A stretch of DNA of 64,000 bases from Acidobacteriota bacterium. Lineage in GTDB: Bacteria > Acidobacteriota > UBA890 > WLXD01. The stretch is from the NCBI GenBank assembly GCA_963666215.2, contig CAXWPL010000002.1:320001-384000 (forward strand), in the 5' to 3' direction. Under the pieces are notes generated by a model that was not told where the DNA came from, did no database searches, and worked only from the letters and a program-made list of their open reading frames with translations. Within the stretch, counting starts at the first letter, position 1. Every line of letters starts with the position of its first letter. Shown here in pieces: positions 22,500 to 33,109 of this stretch. A program made the translations under genes and the position numbers.

Positions 22500-23309
22500 T
22501 CAGTAGAAGACGCTCGAGGTCAGCAACAGATAAAGCGCGAGTCCCGCCGGCAGTTGGCCGTCGATCCGGTCAAAGATCCCGCCGTGTCCCGGGAGAAGGT
22601 TGGAGGAGTCTTTCGTGGCGGCCGCACGCTTGAGAGCCGACTCCATCAGGTCGCCGCATTGCCCGATGGCACCCAGAGCGGCCCCGAGGCCCGCTCCCAC
22701 ACCGACTCCCAACCCCAGCGATGAGAAATCGGCGAGAGTGGCGATCAGCTCGCCGGCTGCGGCGCTCATCAGAAGGCCGGCAACTGCGCCGGCACGGGTC
22801 TTCTTGGGGGATAGCGTGGGCGCCAGCGGCGTGCGCCCGAACTGCTTGCCGCCGTAGTACGCACCGATGTCGCCGGCGGCAACCGTGATCCAGACGAAGC
22901 TGAGCCAGACAACGCCGTGGGCGTACTGACGTATGCCGATCTGCGCCCCGAGCATGACGCCGATCCAAATGCACCCGCCGATGGTCGCGGCTACCGCTTG
23001 CAGGGTCCGCACTGCTGAGCCGTCCTTCACCACGCTGGCGACGATGGCCATCACCGAGCCCAGAAGGAATGCGCCGCCGACAACGAGCGGCGTCACCTCA
23101 GGGGTTCGGAACGAAGCGGCGCAGCCCACGGCGAGCACGAGGCCGAACCCTTTGAACGGTCGCGCTCCGGCCGATGCAGCCAGGTTCGCGAACTCGTTCC
23201 ATGCGCCGGCTGCAACCAGCAGCACGACCGCGAAGAACAGCCACGTTGGGCCGAGCAACGCACCGGCGGCAATGGCGATCAGCACCGCCGCCGTGACAAT
23301 GCGTGTCAT
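22500..23309 (-). CDS. cdsA: Phosphatidate cytidylyltransferase
   Basis: SPKKT, GDLMESALKR, KDSSNLLPGHGGIFDRID. Confidence 0.93.
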   Translation of the reverse strand: MTRIVTAAVLIAIAAGALLGPTWLFFAVVLLVAAGAWNEFANLAASAGARPFKGFGLVLAVGCAASFRTPEVTPLVVGGAFLLGSVMAIVASVVKDGSAVRTLQAVAATIGGCIWIGVMLGAQIGIRQYAHGVVWLSFVWITVAAGDIGAYYGGKQFGRTPLAPTLSPKKTRAGAVAGLLMSAAAGELIATLADFSSLGLGVGVGAGLGAALGAIGQCGDLMESALKRAAATKDSSNLLPGHGGIFDRIDGQLPAGLALYLLLTSSVFY

Positions 23310-23331
23310 GGGCAGCCGATCTCGTGTAGCA

Positions 23332-24381
23332 CTAGGACGAGCCTCGTTCGCGGCTGCTGCCACCACCGGTTTCGAGCGTGGAAGCCCCGTAGCCGCCGGG
23401 CCGGTCGTGGTGCCAGCGCCAGGCGTCTTCGATGACCGTGCGGAGGTCCGAGCGCGACGGCCTCCAGCCGAGCTGCTCGGCAGCGCGTGTGCTTCCTGAC
23501 GTGAGGAAGGGGGGATCGCCGGCTCGCGGGGCGACGAGCTCCGTGGGGATGGCGTGTCCGGTGACTTGCCGCGCCATCTCCACGACCTCGAGCACGCTAC
23601 TGCCGGCGCCCGTCCCGAGGTTGAAGACGTGCCAGTCGTTCCCGGTTCCGTCCCCGCCGACGAGAGACATCATAGCCAGCACGTGGGCGTCGGCGAGATC
23701 GGACACATGGACGTAGTCGCGCACACCGGTGCCGTCGGGCGTGTCGAAGTCGCTGCCGAAGATCTTGAGGGCTTGGCGCTGCCCGAGAGCCACGGTCAGG
23801 ACCGCGGGAATCAGGTTGCTGGCCGGCGTCTTGTCCTCGCCGAGGCGACCCTCGTTGCCTGCGCCGGCGGCGTTGAAGTAACGCAGGCAGGTTCCGCGCA
23901 GGCCGTACGCTTCGCTGTAGAAACGTATCGCCCGATCGACGGCGAGCTTCGTGGCCCCGTACGCGTTCATGGGCCGCGGGCACGCGGTTTCGTCGAGCGG
24001 TTGTTGACCCTCAACCGGGCCGTAGACGGCGCAGGTCGAGGAGTGGATCACCCACGGAACCGAGACCTCGACCATCCAGTCGAGCAACGCCAGGCTGTCG
24101 ACGACGTTGGTGGCGTAGTAGGTGGACGGCGATTCCATGGATTCGCCCACCGAGCACTTGGCGGCCATGTGCATGACGCCGTCAGGCCGATCCGACGACA
24201 GGCCGCGCAGCAGCGCCACGTCGCCGCAGCTGCCAACGACGAGTCTCGCCTGCTCGGACAGCGAGTCGCGATGCCCCGACGAAAGATCGTCGACCACCGT
24301 GACCCTATGGCCTCCACTGATCAGCGTATGGACGATGTTGCTGCCGACGTAGCCGGCGCCACCCGTAACAAGGACGTGCAT
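23332..24381 (-). CDS. galE: UDP-glucose 4-epimerase
   Basis: GGAGYVGS, YGATK, LRYFNAAG, DGTGVRDYVHV. Confidence 0.9.
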   Translation of the reverse strand: MHVLVTGGAGYVGSNIVHTLISGGHRVTVVDDLSSGHRDSLSEQARLVVGSCGDVALLRGLSSDRPDGVMHMAAKCSVGESMESPSTYYATNVVDSLALLDWMVEVSVPWVIHSSTCAVYGPVEGQQPLDETACPRPMNAYGATKLAVDRAIRFYSEAYGLRGTCLRYFNAAGAGNEGRLGEDKTPASNLIPAVLTVALGQRQALKIFGSDFDTPDGTGVRDYVHVSDLADAHVLAMMSLVGGDGTGNDWHVFNLGTGAGSSVLEVVEMARQVTGHAIPTELVAPRAGDPPFLTSGSTRAAEQLGWRPSRSDLRTVIEDAWRWHHDRPGGYGASTLETGGGSSRERGSS

Positions 24382-24466
24382 CTGCGGGTCCGGTCTGGAG
24401 ATCGAAAGCGCTTGGTCGGCCAGTGTACGCGAACGCGATGCCGTGGTTGATGCTGTGACGGGGCCG

Positions 24467-25204
24467 CTAGTAGTCGACGCGCATGAGGCAGAGCCCGTGT
24501 GCGGGCGCCGTGGTGCCCGCCCGCTGGCGGTCGCCGTTTCGCGCCAGCTCGGCGAGTGTCTCCGGGGTCCGGACGCCGTAGCCCACTTCGACGAGTGTGC
24601 CGACGATGCCGCGCACGACACGCCGCAGGAAGCTCCGTCCGACTACCGACACGCGGATTAGGTCGCTTTCCCCCGCGCCGGTGAGGATCTCGACCGAGTC
24701 GATGTGGCGCTTGGTTTTTCCGGGATTCGGACAGGTTGCGAACGCCGCCATGTCAACGATCCCGCACAGGTGGCCGGCAGCCTCTCGCATGGCACCGAGT
24801 GCGAGCGGGCGTGGCTGATGCCAGGCGTACGGTGCTCGAAATGGAGAGGCGATCGTGGCGGGGTCGAGGCTATAGACGTAGTGCTTGCGAACAGCGCCAT
24901 AGCGCGCGTGGAAAGCAGCCTCCTCGGACTGAGCCTCCAGAACCCGGACGTCCCAGGGCAGGCGTGCGTTGAGTGCTTTTCTCCACGCGGCCAGCGTCAG
25001 CCGGTCGGGCACATCCACGTGGGCGACCTGGCCTTCGGCATGCACACCGGCGTCGGTGCGTCCGGCCGCCACGATCAGAGCGGGTTCCTGGAGGATGGAG
25101 CTGGCCGCCTCCTCGAGTACCCCCTGTACGGTTCGTACGGCGGGCTGCCGCTGCCACCCGGAGAACGCCGTTCCCACGTACGCGAGTGTGAGTTTGAGAC
25201 GCAT
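24467..25204 (-). CDS. truA: tRNA pseudouridine(38-40) synthase
   Basis: GWQRQ, AGRTDAGVHA, FHARY, TAPAHGL. Confidence 0.95.
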   Translation of the reverse strand: MRLKLTLAYVGTAFSGWQRQPAVRTVQGVLEEAASSILQEPALIVAAGRTDAGVHAEGQVAHVDVPDRLTLAAWRKALNARLPWDVRVLEAQSEEAAFHARYGAVRKHYVYSLDPATIASPFRAPYAWHQPRPLALGAMREAAGHLCGIVDMAAFATCPNPGKTKRHIDSVEILTGAGESDLIRVSVVGRSFLRRVVRGIVGTLVEVGYGVRTPETLAELARNGDRQRAGTTAPAHGLCLMRVDY

Positions 25205-25364
25205 CTGGCGATGCTATCCTGATGCGTCATGAGCGACGCGTCGGCATCTGTTGCCCGGCCGACCCCACGCTCGATCCGCGTTCAACTCGGCAACAGGTTT
25301 CCGCCAATTCACCGGCGCCCGCCGCGAGCAACGACTCCGCACCGCCGACCTCATTCTGCGTACG

Positions 25365-25877
25365 ATGGCCATCCTTTCGATTGTCAAATTCCCAGACGCT
25401 CGCTTGACGACGCCATGCGAGCCGGTCGAACGCTTCGACGAGGAGCTCCGCCGCCTGGCGGCCGATCTGATCGAGACCATGCACGCGGCCCCAGGGGTTG
25501 GCCTCGCCGCGCCTCAGGTGGGCCGGACGGAGCGCCTTGCCGTCGTGGATCTCTCGGTGGGGGAGGAGAACGACGAACTGTTTGTGCTCGTCAATCCGAC
25601 CGTCGTCGAGGAGAGCGGCCGTGAGCGCGACGACGAGGGATGCTTGTCGTTTCCGGAGCTCACGCTGGCGGTGACCCGCCCGCAACGCGTCGTGGTCGAG
25701 GCCTTCGACCTCGACGGCGAGCCGTACCGCATCGAGGCGGACGAGCTGCTTGCGCGCTGCCTGCGCCACGAGATCGACCACCTCGATGGCGTGCTGTTCA
25801 TCGATCGCGTTAGCCCACTCAAGCGAGATCTGGCGCTCCGCAAGATCGACAGGAAGATCCGCGCGGGCGAGTGGTAG
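25365..25877 (+). CDS. def: Peptide deformylase
   Basis: GVGLAAPQ, EGCLS, HEIDH. Confidence 0.96.
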   Translation: MAILSIVKFPDARLTTPCEPVERFDEELRRLAADLIETMHAAPGVGLAAPQVGRTERLAVVDLSVGEENDELFVLVNPTVVEESGRERDDEGCLSFPELTLAVTRPQRVVVEAFDLDGEPYRIEADELLARCLRHEIDHLDGVLFIDRVSPLKRDLALRKIDRKIRAGEW

Positions 25878-26962
25878 AACGCTTGCGACTCCTCTTTCTG
25901 GGTACGCCCGAGTTCTCCGTTCCGACCCTCCGCGCGCTGCTCGAGCGACACGAGGTGGCCGCCGTCGTTACGAGGCCCGACAAGCCGAGCGGACGAGGTC
26001 GCAAAACGACTTCATCTGCCACCAAGCGCTGCGCGCTGTCGGCCGGGATTGTGGTTGAACAGCCGTCGACACTGCGCACGACTGAGGCCCAGCAATGTCT
26101 GGCCGCCTACGAGCCCGACGCGATTGTCGTGGTGTCCTACGGGCTCATCCTGCCGCCGGAGATCTTGCGAATTCCGCGGCTCGGGTGTGTGAATCTGCAC
26201 GCCTCGCTGTTGCCGCGGCATCGCGGGGCGAGTCCGATCGCCGCTGCGATCCTCGCCGGCGACAGCGAGACAGGCGTCACCACAATGCTCATGGATGAAG
26301 GCCTGGATACGGGTGCGATCCTGGAACAGCGTCGGATCGTCATCGGTCCCGACGCGACCACAGGAACGCTGAGCGAACAACTCGCCCAAATGGGAGGCGA
26401 GCTGATGCTCGGGACTTTGCGGCAACTCGAGCTCGGCGAGATCGTGCCGCAGCCCCAGGACGAGCGGCAGGCCACCATGACTCGGCTGGCGCGCAAGCAG
26501 GACGGCGAGATTGACTGGCGTTTGCCCGCCCCACACATCGAGCGCCACGTTCGCGCCATGCAGCCATGGCCGGGCGCGTGGACGACGAGCGGCGGCGAGC
26601 GGGTGCTGGCGTGGGGCGTTCGTGTTGCCGAGGCAGAGGAGTCGGGCGATGGTCGAGTGCTTGTGGACGACGAAGTCGAGGCCGACAACGCGTGCGCATC
26701 TCCTTCGCGCCTATCCGGCACGTTGGTGGCGGTCGACCCGAGGCCCCTTGTGATGTGTGGTGGCGGGGCGAAGCCGAAAGACGCCGGCGAAGGGGTCTCC
26801 GCCGAGAAGACGGAGTTGCTCGAACTGGTCGAGCTGCAGCGGGCCGGTCGAAGACGCCTGCCGGCGGCCGAGGTCGTACGCGGCATGCGCCTTTCGGTAG
26901 GCGATCGGTTGGGCACCAACGACAGCACCGCCGAGCTCGGCGTTGCCGAATCGTTGGCCTGA
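25871..26962 (+). CDS. fmt: Methionyl-tRNA formyltransferase
   Basis: GTPEF, NLHASLLP, GLDTG. Confidence 0.95.
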   Translation: MVERLRLLFLGTPEFSVPTLRALLERHEVAAVVTRPDKPSGRGRKTTSSATKRCALSAGIVVEQPSTLRTTEAQQCLAAYEPDAIVVVSYGLILPPEILRIPRLGCVNLHASLLPRHRGASPIAAAILAGDSETGVTTMLMDEGLDTGAILEQRRIVIGPDATTGTLSEQLAQMGGELMLGTLRQLELGEIVPQPQDERQATMTRLARKQDGEIDWRLPAPHIERHVRAMQPWPGAWTTSGGERVLAWGVRVAEAEESGDGRVLVDDEVEADNACASPSRLSGTLVAVDPRPLVMCGGGAKPKDAGEGVSAEKTELLELVELQRAGRRRLPAAEVVRGMRLSVGDRLGTNDSTAELGVAESLA

Positions 26963-26994
26963 GACCCAGATCTGGACCTGGAGCTGACGCGAGG

Positions 26995-28602
26995 ATGTCC
27001 TCGAAGCCAACGGCGCTACCCGCCACGGGTAGCGCGTCGCCCACTCGAGGTCTTTCGGCGGGCCTCGGCGCACGCCTGCTGGCTTTGGACGTACTGCTGG
27101 CGGTTGAGCTCGGCGGCCGCTCGGACCGTGAGCTCGATCGGGCTCTAGGTTCGTCGGCGCTCGACGGCCGCGATCGGCGGTTGGTGACCGAGATCGTGTA
27201 CGGAACGCTGCGACGGCAGGGGAGCCTCGATCAGTCGCTGGCGCCGTTCTGCTCGCGGCCGCTCACCGGCCTCGATCCCGTGGTGCGCGTGGCGCTGCGG
27301 ATAGGGCTGTATCAATGCTCGTTTCTCCACTCGGTACCGGCGCACGCAGCTATCGACCGCACGGTCGAGGCGCTCAAGCGCCGCGCCAGGCGCGCCACAG
27401 GGCTCGTCAACGCCGTCCTGCGCAGCTGGCTGCGGGCAGCAGAGAAGAGAGGGCGGTCTGCTGGAGCGCCGTCGCCGTCGACGGGAGCCCACGTTGCTCC
27501 TGTGGACCCACCCCCGAGCGTGCAGCTCGACACGCCGACGTGGCTCGCGCAGCGCTGGCACCATCGGTACGGGGTCGACCGATCGACGACCTGGTGGGCG
27601 GCAGCTCTGGCACCGCCGGTAGTGGCGGTGCGCATCCACCCCGAGGTGGCCGCCGCTGACGCCACCACTGCCTCTTCCGCCGAAGCCGACGCGGGCGACA
27701 GCAGCATCGCCGACGCTTCTGTTGCCGCGCTGGTCGACGCGCTCGCAACCTCTGGGGTGACCGCAGAGCCGTCGCCCTGGTCGACCGGCGCACTACGGCT
27801 CGACGGCGGCATGGCTGCGGCGCTGGCGAGCCCGGTACACAATTCGGGGGTATTCAGCCCGCGATCTGAGGCGGCACAGCTCGTGACCGAGCTGCTTGCG
27901 CCGCCAGCTGCAGGTGAATGGACACTCGACGCGTGCGCCGGGCGCGGTGGCAAAGCTGTACAGCTGGCCGAAGCGGGGCATCGTGTGCTGGCCCTCGACG
28001 TCAACCACGAGCGGCTACGCCACTGTCACAACGCCGCGCGGCGCGCCGGGGTTGGCGCGCGAGTGCACTCGGTTCGCGCTGCGGTCGGCAGATCCCGACC
28101 CGATCCCTCGGGCCTTGGTGAGGGTCGCGGCCTTTCGGCGCCGCCCGAAGAGTCCGTTGCCTCGAAATCCACCGCCACCGTGCCGATCGCGGAGGCCTTC
28201 GAGGGCTTCTCGCGCATCCTCGTCGATGCTCCTTGTTCTGGCATCGGCACCGTTCGCAGGCATCCAGAAATCAAATGGCGACTCGAGTCGTCGGCGCTCG
28301 AGCGTCATGCCGCCAAGCAGCTGGGCATTCTGTGCGCCGCCCTCGAGCTTCTAGCCGCCGGCGGCGAGCTCCTCTACGTGACCTGTTCGACAGAACCGGA
28401 GGAGAACGAGGAGGTGGTGCAGAGCGCGCTGCAAGCTGTCGCCGGGATCGAGCTCGTCGATCTGCGCGAGCGCGCCGTTCACGCGGAGCTCGTGGGTGTT
28501 GACGGCTTCGTGAGAACCTATCCCGACCACCCAGAGCTCGACGGGTTCTTCGCCGCCTGCCTGCGTCGAACGGCGTCTCCGGGTACCGAAGAGGGGTGCT
28601 GA
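26995..28602 (+). CDS. rsmB: 16S rRNA m5C967 methyltransferase (NusB-like N-terminus)
   Basis: DACAGRGGK, DAPCSG, YVTCS...EENE, DGFF. Confidence 0.9.
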   Translation: MSSKPTALPATGSASPTRGLSAGLGARLLALDVLLAVELGGRSDRELDRALGSSALDGRDRRLVTEIVYGTLRRQGSLDQSLAPFCSRPLTGLDPVVRVALRIGLYQCSFLHSVPAHAAIDRTVEALKRRARRATGLVNAVLRSWLRAAEKRGRSAGAPSPSTGAHVAPVDPPPSVQLDTPTWLAQRWHHRYGVDRSTTWWAAALAPPVVAVRIHPEVAAADATTASSAEADAGDSSIADASVAALVDALATSGVTAEPSPWSTGALRLDGGMAAALASPVHNSGVFSPRSEAAQLVTELLAPPAAGEWTLDACAGRGGKAVQLAEAGHRVLALDVNHERLRHCHNAARRAGVGARVHSVRAAVGRSRPDPSGLGEGRGLSAPPEESVASKSTATVPIAEAFEGFSRILVDAPCSGIGTVRRHPEIKWRLESSALERHAAKQLGILCAALELLAAGGELLYVTCSTEPEENEEVVQSALQAVAGIELVDLRERAVHAELVGVDGFVRTYPDHPELDGFFAACLRRTASPGTEEGC

Positions 28603-28694
28603 GCGGTGGTACACTCGGGCCGTGCCGTCGACCCCGCGAGAAGCGCGTCAGAGCTCGATGACTCTGCTCCGTTCGCATCGTTCACCGCATCTTC

Positions 28695-29558
28695 ATGTCT
28701 GCTGACCGCATGTCTCCTGACCGCCTGACGCGATGGGCTCGGGCTCGGTTGCGAGGGGTTCTTTCTCTGCCGGGCCCGCGGGCCGGGCGGACCTCCGATG
28801 GCGCCGGAGCAGCGAGCTCACCAGGCGCGTCGCGGCTAGCCTCGCTGCTGAAGCTCGTCGCGGTGTTGGCCCTGTCGGCGCCGATGTTTGCCTGGGGCGG
28901 CTGGTTGGCGGTACGTCTCTCCGTGTCGGGCAGCACAGATGTGGTTCCCGACGTGATCGGGCTGCTCCCAGAAGAGGCTGTAAGGCGGCTCGAGGAGGCG
29001 GGGATGGTTGCCGAGATCGAAGCCGAGCCGTTGCGCGACGAGGCGCTGCCGGCCGGTAGCGTTGCGCGGCAAGACCCGGGACCGGGCACTTCGGTCAAGC
29101 GTGTACGGTCGATCCGACTCATGTTGGCGTCGGGGCCGTCGACCCACGAGTTGCCGTCGATGGTTGGCGACAGCCGCAGTCGGGCAGTCATCCTGCTCGG
29201 CCAGCAGGACGTCGACATCGCGTACGTCGCGTCGGTTCACAGCTACGAGCACCCACGCGACGCGGTCGTGGCGCAAGAGCCGAACCCCGCCGAGTTGCCT
29301 CCCGGCACGCGCTCGCTGATACGGTTGCTGACGTCACTCGGCCCACGGGTTCGATCGTATGTCATGCCCGACCTACGTCATCGGAGTGGCGACGAGGTGC
29401 GGGCCCGGCTCGAGCAGCTCGGCTTCGAGGTTGTTACGCGAGCGCACCGCGCCGAGGCCATCGCCAATGTCGGGCCGGGGATCGTCGTGGAGCAAATCCC
29501 GGCGCCCGGGCGCCGCGTGGCGGAAGGCACCCGGGTGACGCTCGGCCTGAGTCGCTGA
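28695..29558 (+). CDS. PASTA-domain membrane protein (three repeats, no kinase domain)
   Basis: One TM helix, then VPDVIG, LPSMVG and MPDLRH repeats with QxPxPG motifs. Confidence 0.85.
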   Translation: MSADRMSPDRLTRWARARLRGVLSLPGPRAGRTSDGAGAASSPGASRLASLLKLVAVLALSAPMFAWGGWLAVRLSVSGSTDVVPDVIGLLPEEAVRRLEEAGMVAEIEAEPLRDEALPAGSVARQDPGPGTSVKRVRSIRLMLASGPSTHELPSMVGDSRSRAVILLGQQDVDIAYVASVHSYEHPRDAVVAQEPNPAELPPGTRSLIRLLTSLGPRVRSYVMPDLRHRSGDEVRARLEQLGFEVVTRAHRAEAIANVGPGIVVEQIPAPGRRVAEGTRVTLGLSR

Positions 29559-30235
29559 TGCGCAACGGACGTGCGCCCGTAATCGCACCCTCGCTCTTGG
29601 CTGCCGACGCTGCTGATCTGCGGAGTGCCGTAGCCAGCATCGAGTCACGAGTTGACGCTTTCCATGTCGATGTCATGGATGGCCATTTCGTGCCCAACAT
29701 CTCGATGGGCCCGGCGGTGCCCCAGGGGCTGCGGGCCTGCACCGACAAGCCGCTTGATGTACATCTGATGGTCGAGTCTCCAGAGCTTTGGATCGCGCGC
29801 TACCGAGAAGCGGGCGCCGACTGGATCAGCATTCACGCCGAGGCCACGCGACACCTCGAGGGTGCCGTCGCCCTGATTCGCGATGCCGGCGCTCGAGCCG
29901 GAGTGGCGTTGAATCCGGCAACAACACCTGCGGGCCTTGAGCATGTGCTGCGCCCAGGCGACTTCGTCGTGGTGATGAGCGTCAACCCCGGGTTCGGTGG
30001 ACAGAGGTTCTTGGCGAGCGCGCCTGCAAGAATTGCCGACGTGCGCGAGTTTCTCGACGCCCACGGTCTTCAAGAGGTCGTCATTGAAGTGGATGGCGGG
30101 GTCGACAGCTCCAACGCCGGGGCGTGCGCGGCCGCCGGCGCCGAGATCTTCGTTGCCGGCTCTTCGGTTTTCGGCCAGTCCGACGCGGCGCGCGCGTGCG
30201 ACGAGCTGCGGGCCGCTGCCGTGGCGGGGAGCTGA
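29558..30235 (+). CDS. rpe: Ribulose-phosphate 3-epimerase
   Basis: HVDVMDGHFVPN, MSVNPGFGGQ, VDGG. Confidence 0.96.
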   Translation: MRNGRAPVIAPSLLAADAADLRSAVASIESRVDAFHVDVMDGHFVPNISMGPAVPQGLRACTDKPLDVHLMVESPELWIARYREAGADWISIHAEATRHLEGAVALIRDAGARAGVALNPATTPAGLEHVLRPGDFVVVMSVNPGFGGQRFLASAPARIADVREFLDAHGLQEVVIEVDGGVDSSNAGACAAAGAEIFVAGSSVFGQSDAARACDELRAAAVAGS

Positions 30236-30239
30236 TCGC

Positions 30240-31178
30240 TTGAGAAGCTTGGTTACCGGCGCCGCCGGATTCATCGGATCGACGTTGTCGGCAAAGCTCC
30301 TCGACGTTGGCCACGAAGTGATCGGGGTCGACGGCTTCTACGACAACTATGCCGAGGCCAAGAAGCGCGCGAACCTGGTGGCAATCGAGAGCCGTGAGGG
30401 GTTCCGGCTGGTGGAGGGTTATCTCCAGGACCTCGATCTGCCGCACCTGCTCGAAGGCGTCGATCGCGTGTTTCATATCGCCGCGCTTCCTGGTGTGCGC
30501 GCCTCGTGGGGGGGTAGCTTCGAGGACTACTCGAATCACAACGTTTACGCGACGCAGCTGGTGCTCGAGGCCAGTCGAGAGGCAGGTGTGCCCCGCGTCG
30601 TCTACGCTTCCTCGTCGTCGGTGTACGGTGACGCCGCCGACCTGCCGATGCGTGAATCGGTTCGCGAGCGCCCGTTCTCTCCCTACGGCGTGACGAAGCT
30701 GGCTGGCGAGCACTTGGCGCGCCTCTACAGTCGCAACTACGGCTTGCATACCGTGAGCCTGCGCTTCTTTACGGTCTACGGTCCGCGCCAGCGACCCGAT
30801 ATGGCGATCCAGCGGTTCTTGACCGCCGCGCGCGACGGCACGCCGATCACGCTGTTCGGAGACGGCGAGCAGACCCGCGACTTTACGTACGTCGACGACG
30901 TCGTAGAGATGGTGACGCGTGCCGGAGATCTCGGCGCGTCGGGCGCTGTATATAATGTTGGCGATGGTAGCACGATTACGGTAAACGGCCTTATCGGGCT
31001 CATCGAGCAGGTTTCGGGAAGGTCGCTAAGCGTGCAACGGCGGGATGTTCAGCATGGCGACGTTCTGCACACATGCGCCGACGCTGAGCTGGCGCGTCGC
31101 GACCTACAGTTCACGCCCGCTACGTCGCTCCCGGACGGCCTCGCCAGACACTGGCAGTGGTTGCAGACCAACCCTTAG
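30240..31178 (+). CDS. NAD-dependent nucleotide-sugar epimerase/dehydratase
   Basis: TTG start; GAAGFIG, YGVTK, FTVYGPRQRPDM. Confidence 0.9.
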   Translation: MRSLVTGAAGFIGSTLSAKLLDVGHEVIGVDGFYDNYAEAKKRANLVAIESREGFRLVEGYLQDLDLPHLLEGVDRVFHIAALPGVRASWGGSFEDYSNHNVYATQLVLEASREAGVPRVVYASSSSVYGDAADLPMRESVRERPFSPYGVTKLAGEHLARLYSRNYGLHTVSLRFFTVYGPRQRPDMAIQRFLTAARDGTPITLFGDGEQTRDFTYVDDVVEMVTRAGDLGASGAVYNVGDGSTITVNGLIGLIEQVSGRSLSVQRRDVQHGDVLHTCADAELARRDLQFTPATSLPDGLARHWQWLQTNP

Positions 31179-31247
31179 CGCGACCGAGTCTGGTTCCTCG
31201 TTCACTCGACCTTGGTGTCGCACATCGTGCTGATTGTGAAAACTCGG

Positions 31248-32084
31248 ATGCCCGCCTTGCAACGTTATGACCGCAATCAACCGATACCCCGCAGTCGCCT
31301 CGAGCTCTCCTCGGCGGTTCTGCTGGGCATCATCGGGCTCGCCCTGACGGTTGTCGTGGCCTGCGGCGGGAGCGATCTCCGCCTTCCGGCCGACGCTGCC
31401 GGCACGGCTCTTTTTGAACAGGCCCAAGAGGAGCTCGCGGCGGAGAACTGGCGCAAGGCCGGCGACGCCTTCGATACGCTGCTGCGCAACTACCCTACGA
31501 GTCCCTACCTGGCGGAGGCCCGCCTGGGGCTAGGACGGGCGTACTACGAGCAGAATCGCCGGGACACGCTGATGCTGGCGATCGATGCGTTCCAGAACTT
31601 TCGCACCTACCATCCTTCGCACGCCGATGTCGACTACGCACAGCTGATGGTGGGACTGAGCTACGTCAGCTTGATGAAGTCACCCGATCGCGACCAGTCC
31701 AACACACGTCTCGCGATGGAGTCGCTGCGCAACTTTCTGGAGGATTTTCCAAACAGCTCCTACGCCGAATCGGCGCGGGAGAATCTCCAGCGAGCCGTCG
31801 ATAGTCTGGCCGAGCGCGAGTTGCGCGTTGCCGAGTGGCAGTTCGAACGCGACCGTTACGGTGCCGCGGTGAATCGCTGTGAGTACGCGTTACGCCACTA
31901 TTCGGACAGCGGGTGGAAATGCGAGATACAATTCCTAGCTGCTGAGTCCCTGCGCAAGTGGGGTCAACGGGAGAGGGCGAACTCCTACTATCAGCAACTT
32001 ATCGATGACCAACCGAGCTGCGCCCGCGTGGCCTCGGCCAAAGAGAGACTGCAGGAGGGAGGCGCCGCCGACTCGGGCAACTAG
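31248..32084 (+). CDS. bamD: Outer membrane assembly lipoprotein BamD
   Basis: VVAC lipobox; TPRs; YHPSH..VDYA, DRDQ, FPNSSY. Confidence 0.85.
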   Translation: MPALQRYDRNQPIPRSRLELSSAVLLGIIGLALTVVVACGGSDLRLPADAAGTALFEQAQEELAAENWRKAGDAFDTLLRNYPTSPYLAEARLGLGRAYYEQNRRDTLMLAIDAFQNFRTYHPSHADVDYAQLMVGLSYVSLMKSPDRDQSNTRLAMESLRNFLEDFPNSSYAESARENLQRAVDSLAERELRVAEWQFERDRYGAAVNRCEYALRHYSDSGWKCEIQFLAAESLRKWGQRERANSYYQQLIDDQPSCARVASAKERLQEGGAADSGN

Positions 32085-32140
32085 TCCCGACATCGGTGTT
32101 AGGTAACCCGTAGAAGTAACCCTGGCAATAGGGGGGAACC

Positions 32141-33073
32141 GTGCGCCACGCCACAAGTCCCGTTGAGTCCTCTGTCCCCGCGAGTCCGGTAGCTCTGATG
32201 GCTTCCACGGCCCTCGCGAGTGGGTCGTTGTCCGTTCTACGTATCCTCGGCCTCTGCGCGCTGCTGCTGTTCGCCGCGTCCGCCACTTTCGTTGAGGCAC
32301 AGACTCTGCCCAATACCCGGATGTACGAGGGCCCCGCCTGTTTCAGCATTGTGGTCGAAGAGGTCTCGCCCACCGGCGCCGTTGTTGCCAGCGGGCGACA
32401 GCCGGAGCAGCAGGCGATGTCCGCCGGCGACGATCTCTACATCGATACCGCCGGCCAGCAGATGCGAGCGGGTGACCGGTTTCAGATCCATCGCGTCGAT
32501 GCGGTTGTCAAACACCCGCTCACCGGCAGCCGGGTAGGGCATGCGTTGAACATGATCGGCACCGTTCGGCTGCTCGAGGTTGTTGGCGAGCAGGCGCTGG
32601 CCGCGATCGAGAGCGCATGCCTCGAGATCGAGATCGGTGACCCACTCCGCGCGATGCCGACCGGCCAGGTTGCCGTGACGCTCGAGTTGCCGACGTTCGA
32701 GCCGGACCGCATCGTGGTGCCATCGCCCGACGATGCACGGGTCGTCTACGGTTCCGGTGAGTCCTTGCTGCGGGTGGGCGCACGTACGGGCCGGGTGGAT
32801 TCCTCCAGGCGAGACGGCTACGGCGCCGGCGACGTGGTGATCATCGACCAGGGAAGCACCGACGGCTGGAGGCTGTCGGATAGGGTTCTGTTCTACCGTG
32901 ATCGCCGCGATAGTCACGACCCGCGATCGATCGACCAGGCGCAGCCTATCCTGCTCGGACAGGGCGCCGTCTTCTGGATTCAGGGGCAGACCGCCGCTGT
33001 GTTGGTTACGGCCGGCGATCGGCGTATCGCGCTCGGTGCTGGCGTCCGTCGCGATGTGCAATCGGTGCAATAG
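32141..33073 (+). CDS. Hypothetical exported protein
   Basis: Signal-like segment; beta-rich repeats (GDDLYID, HPLTG, EIEIGD). Confidence 0.65.
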   Translation: MRHATSPVESSVPASPVALMASTALASGSLSVLRILGLCALLLFAASATFVEAQTLPNTRMYEGPACFSIVVEEVSPTGAVVASGRQPEQQAMSAGDDLYIDTAGQQMRAGDRFQIHRVDAVVKHPLTGSRVGHALNMIGTVRLLEVVGEQALAAIESACLEIEIGDPLRAMPTGQVAVTLELPTFEPDRIVVPSPDDARVVYGSGESLLRVGARTGRVDSSRRDGYGAGDVVIIDQGSTDGWRLSDRVLFYRDRRDSHDPRSIDQAQPILLGQGAVFWIQGQTAAVLVTAGDRRIALGAGVRRDVQSVQ

Positions 33074-33109
33074 GCGGCGAGTCGACCCCTGAGCCCGTCA
33101 GAAAATCTG

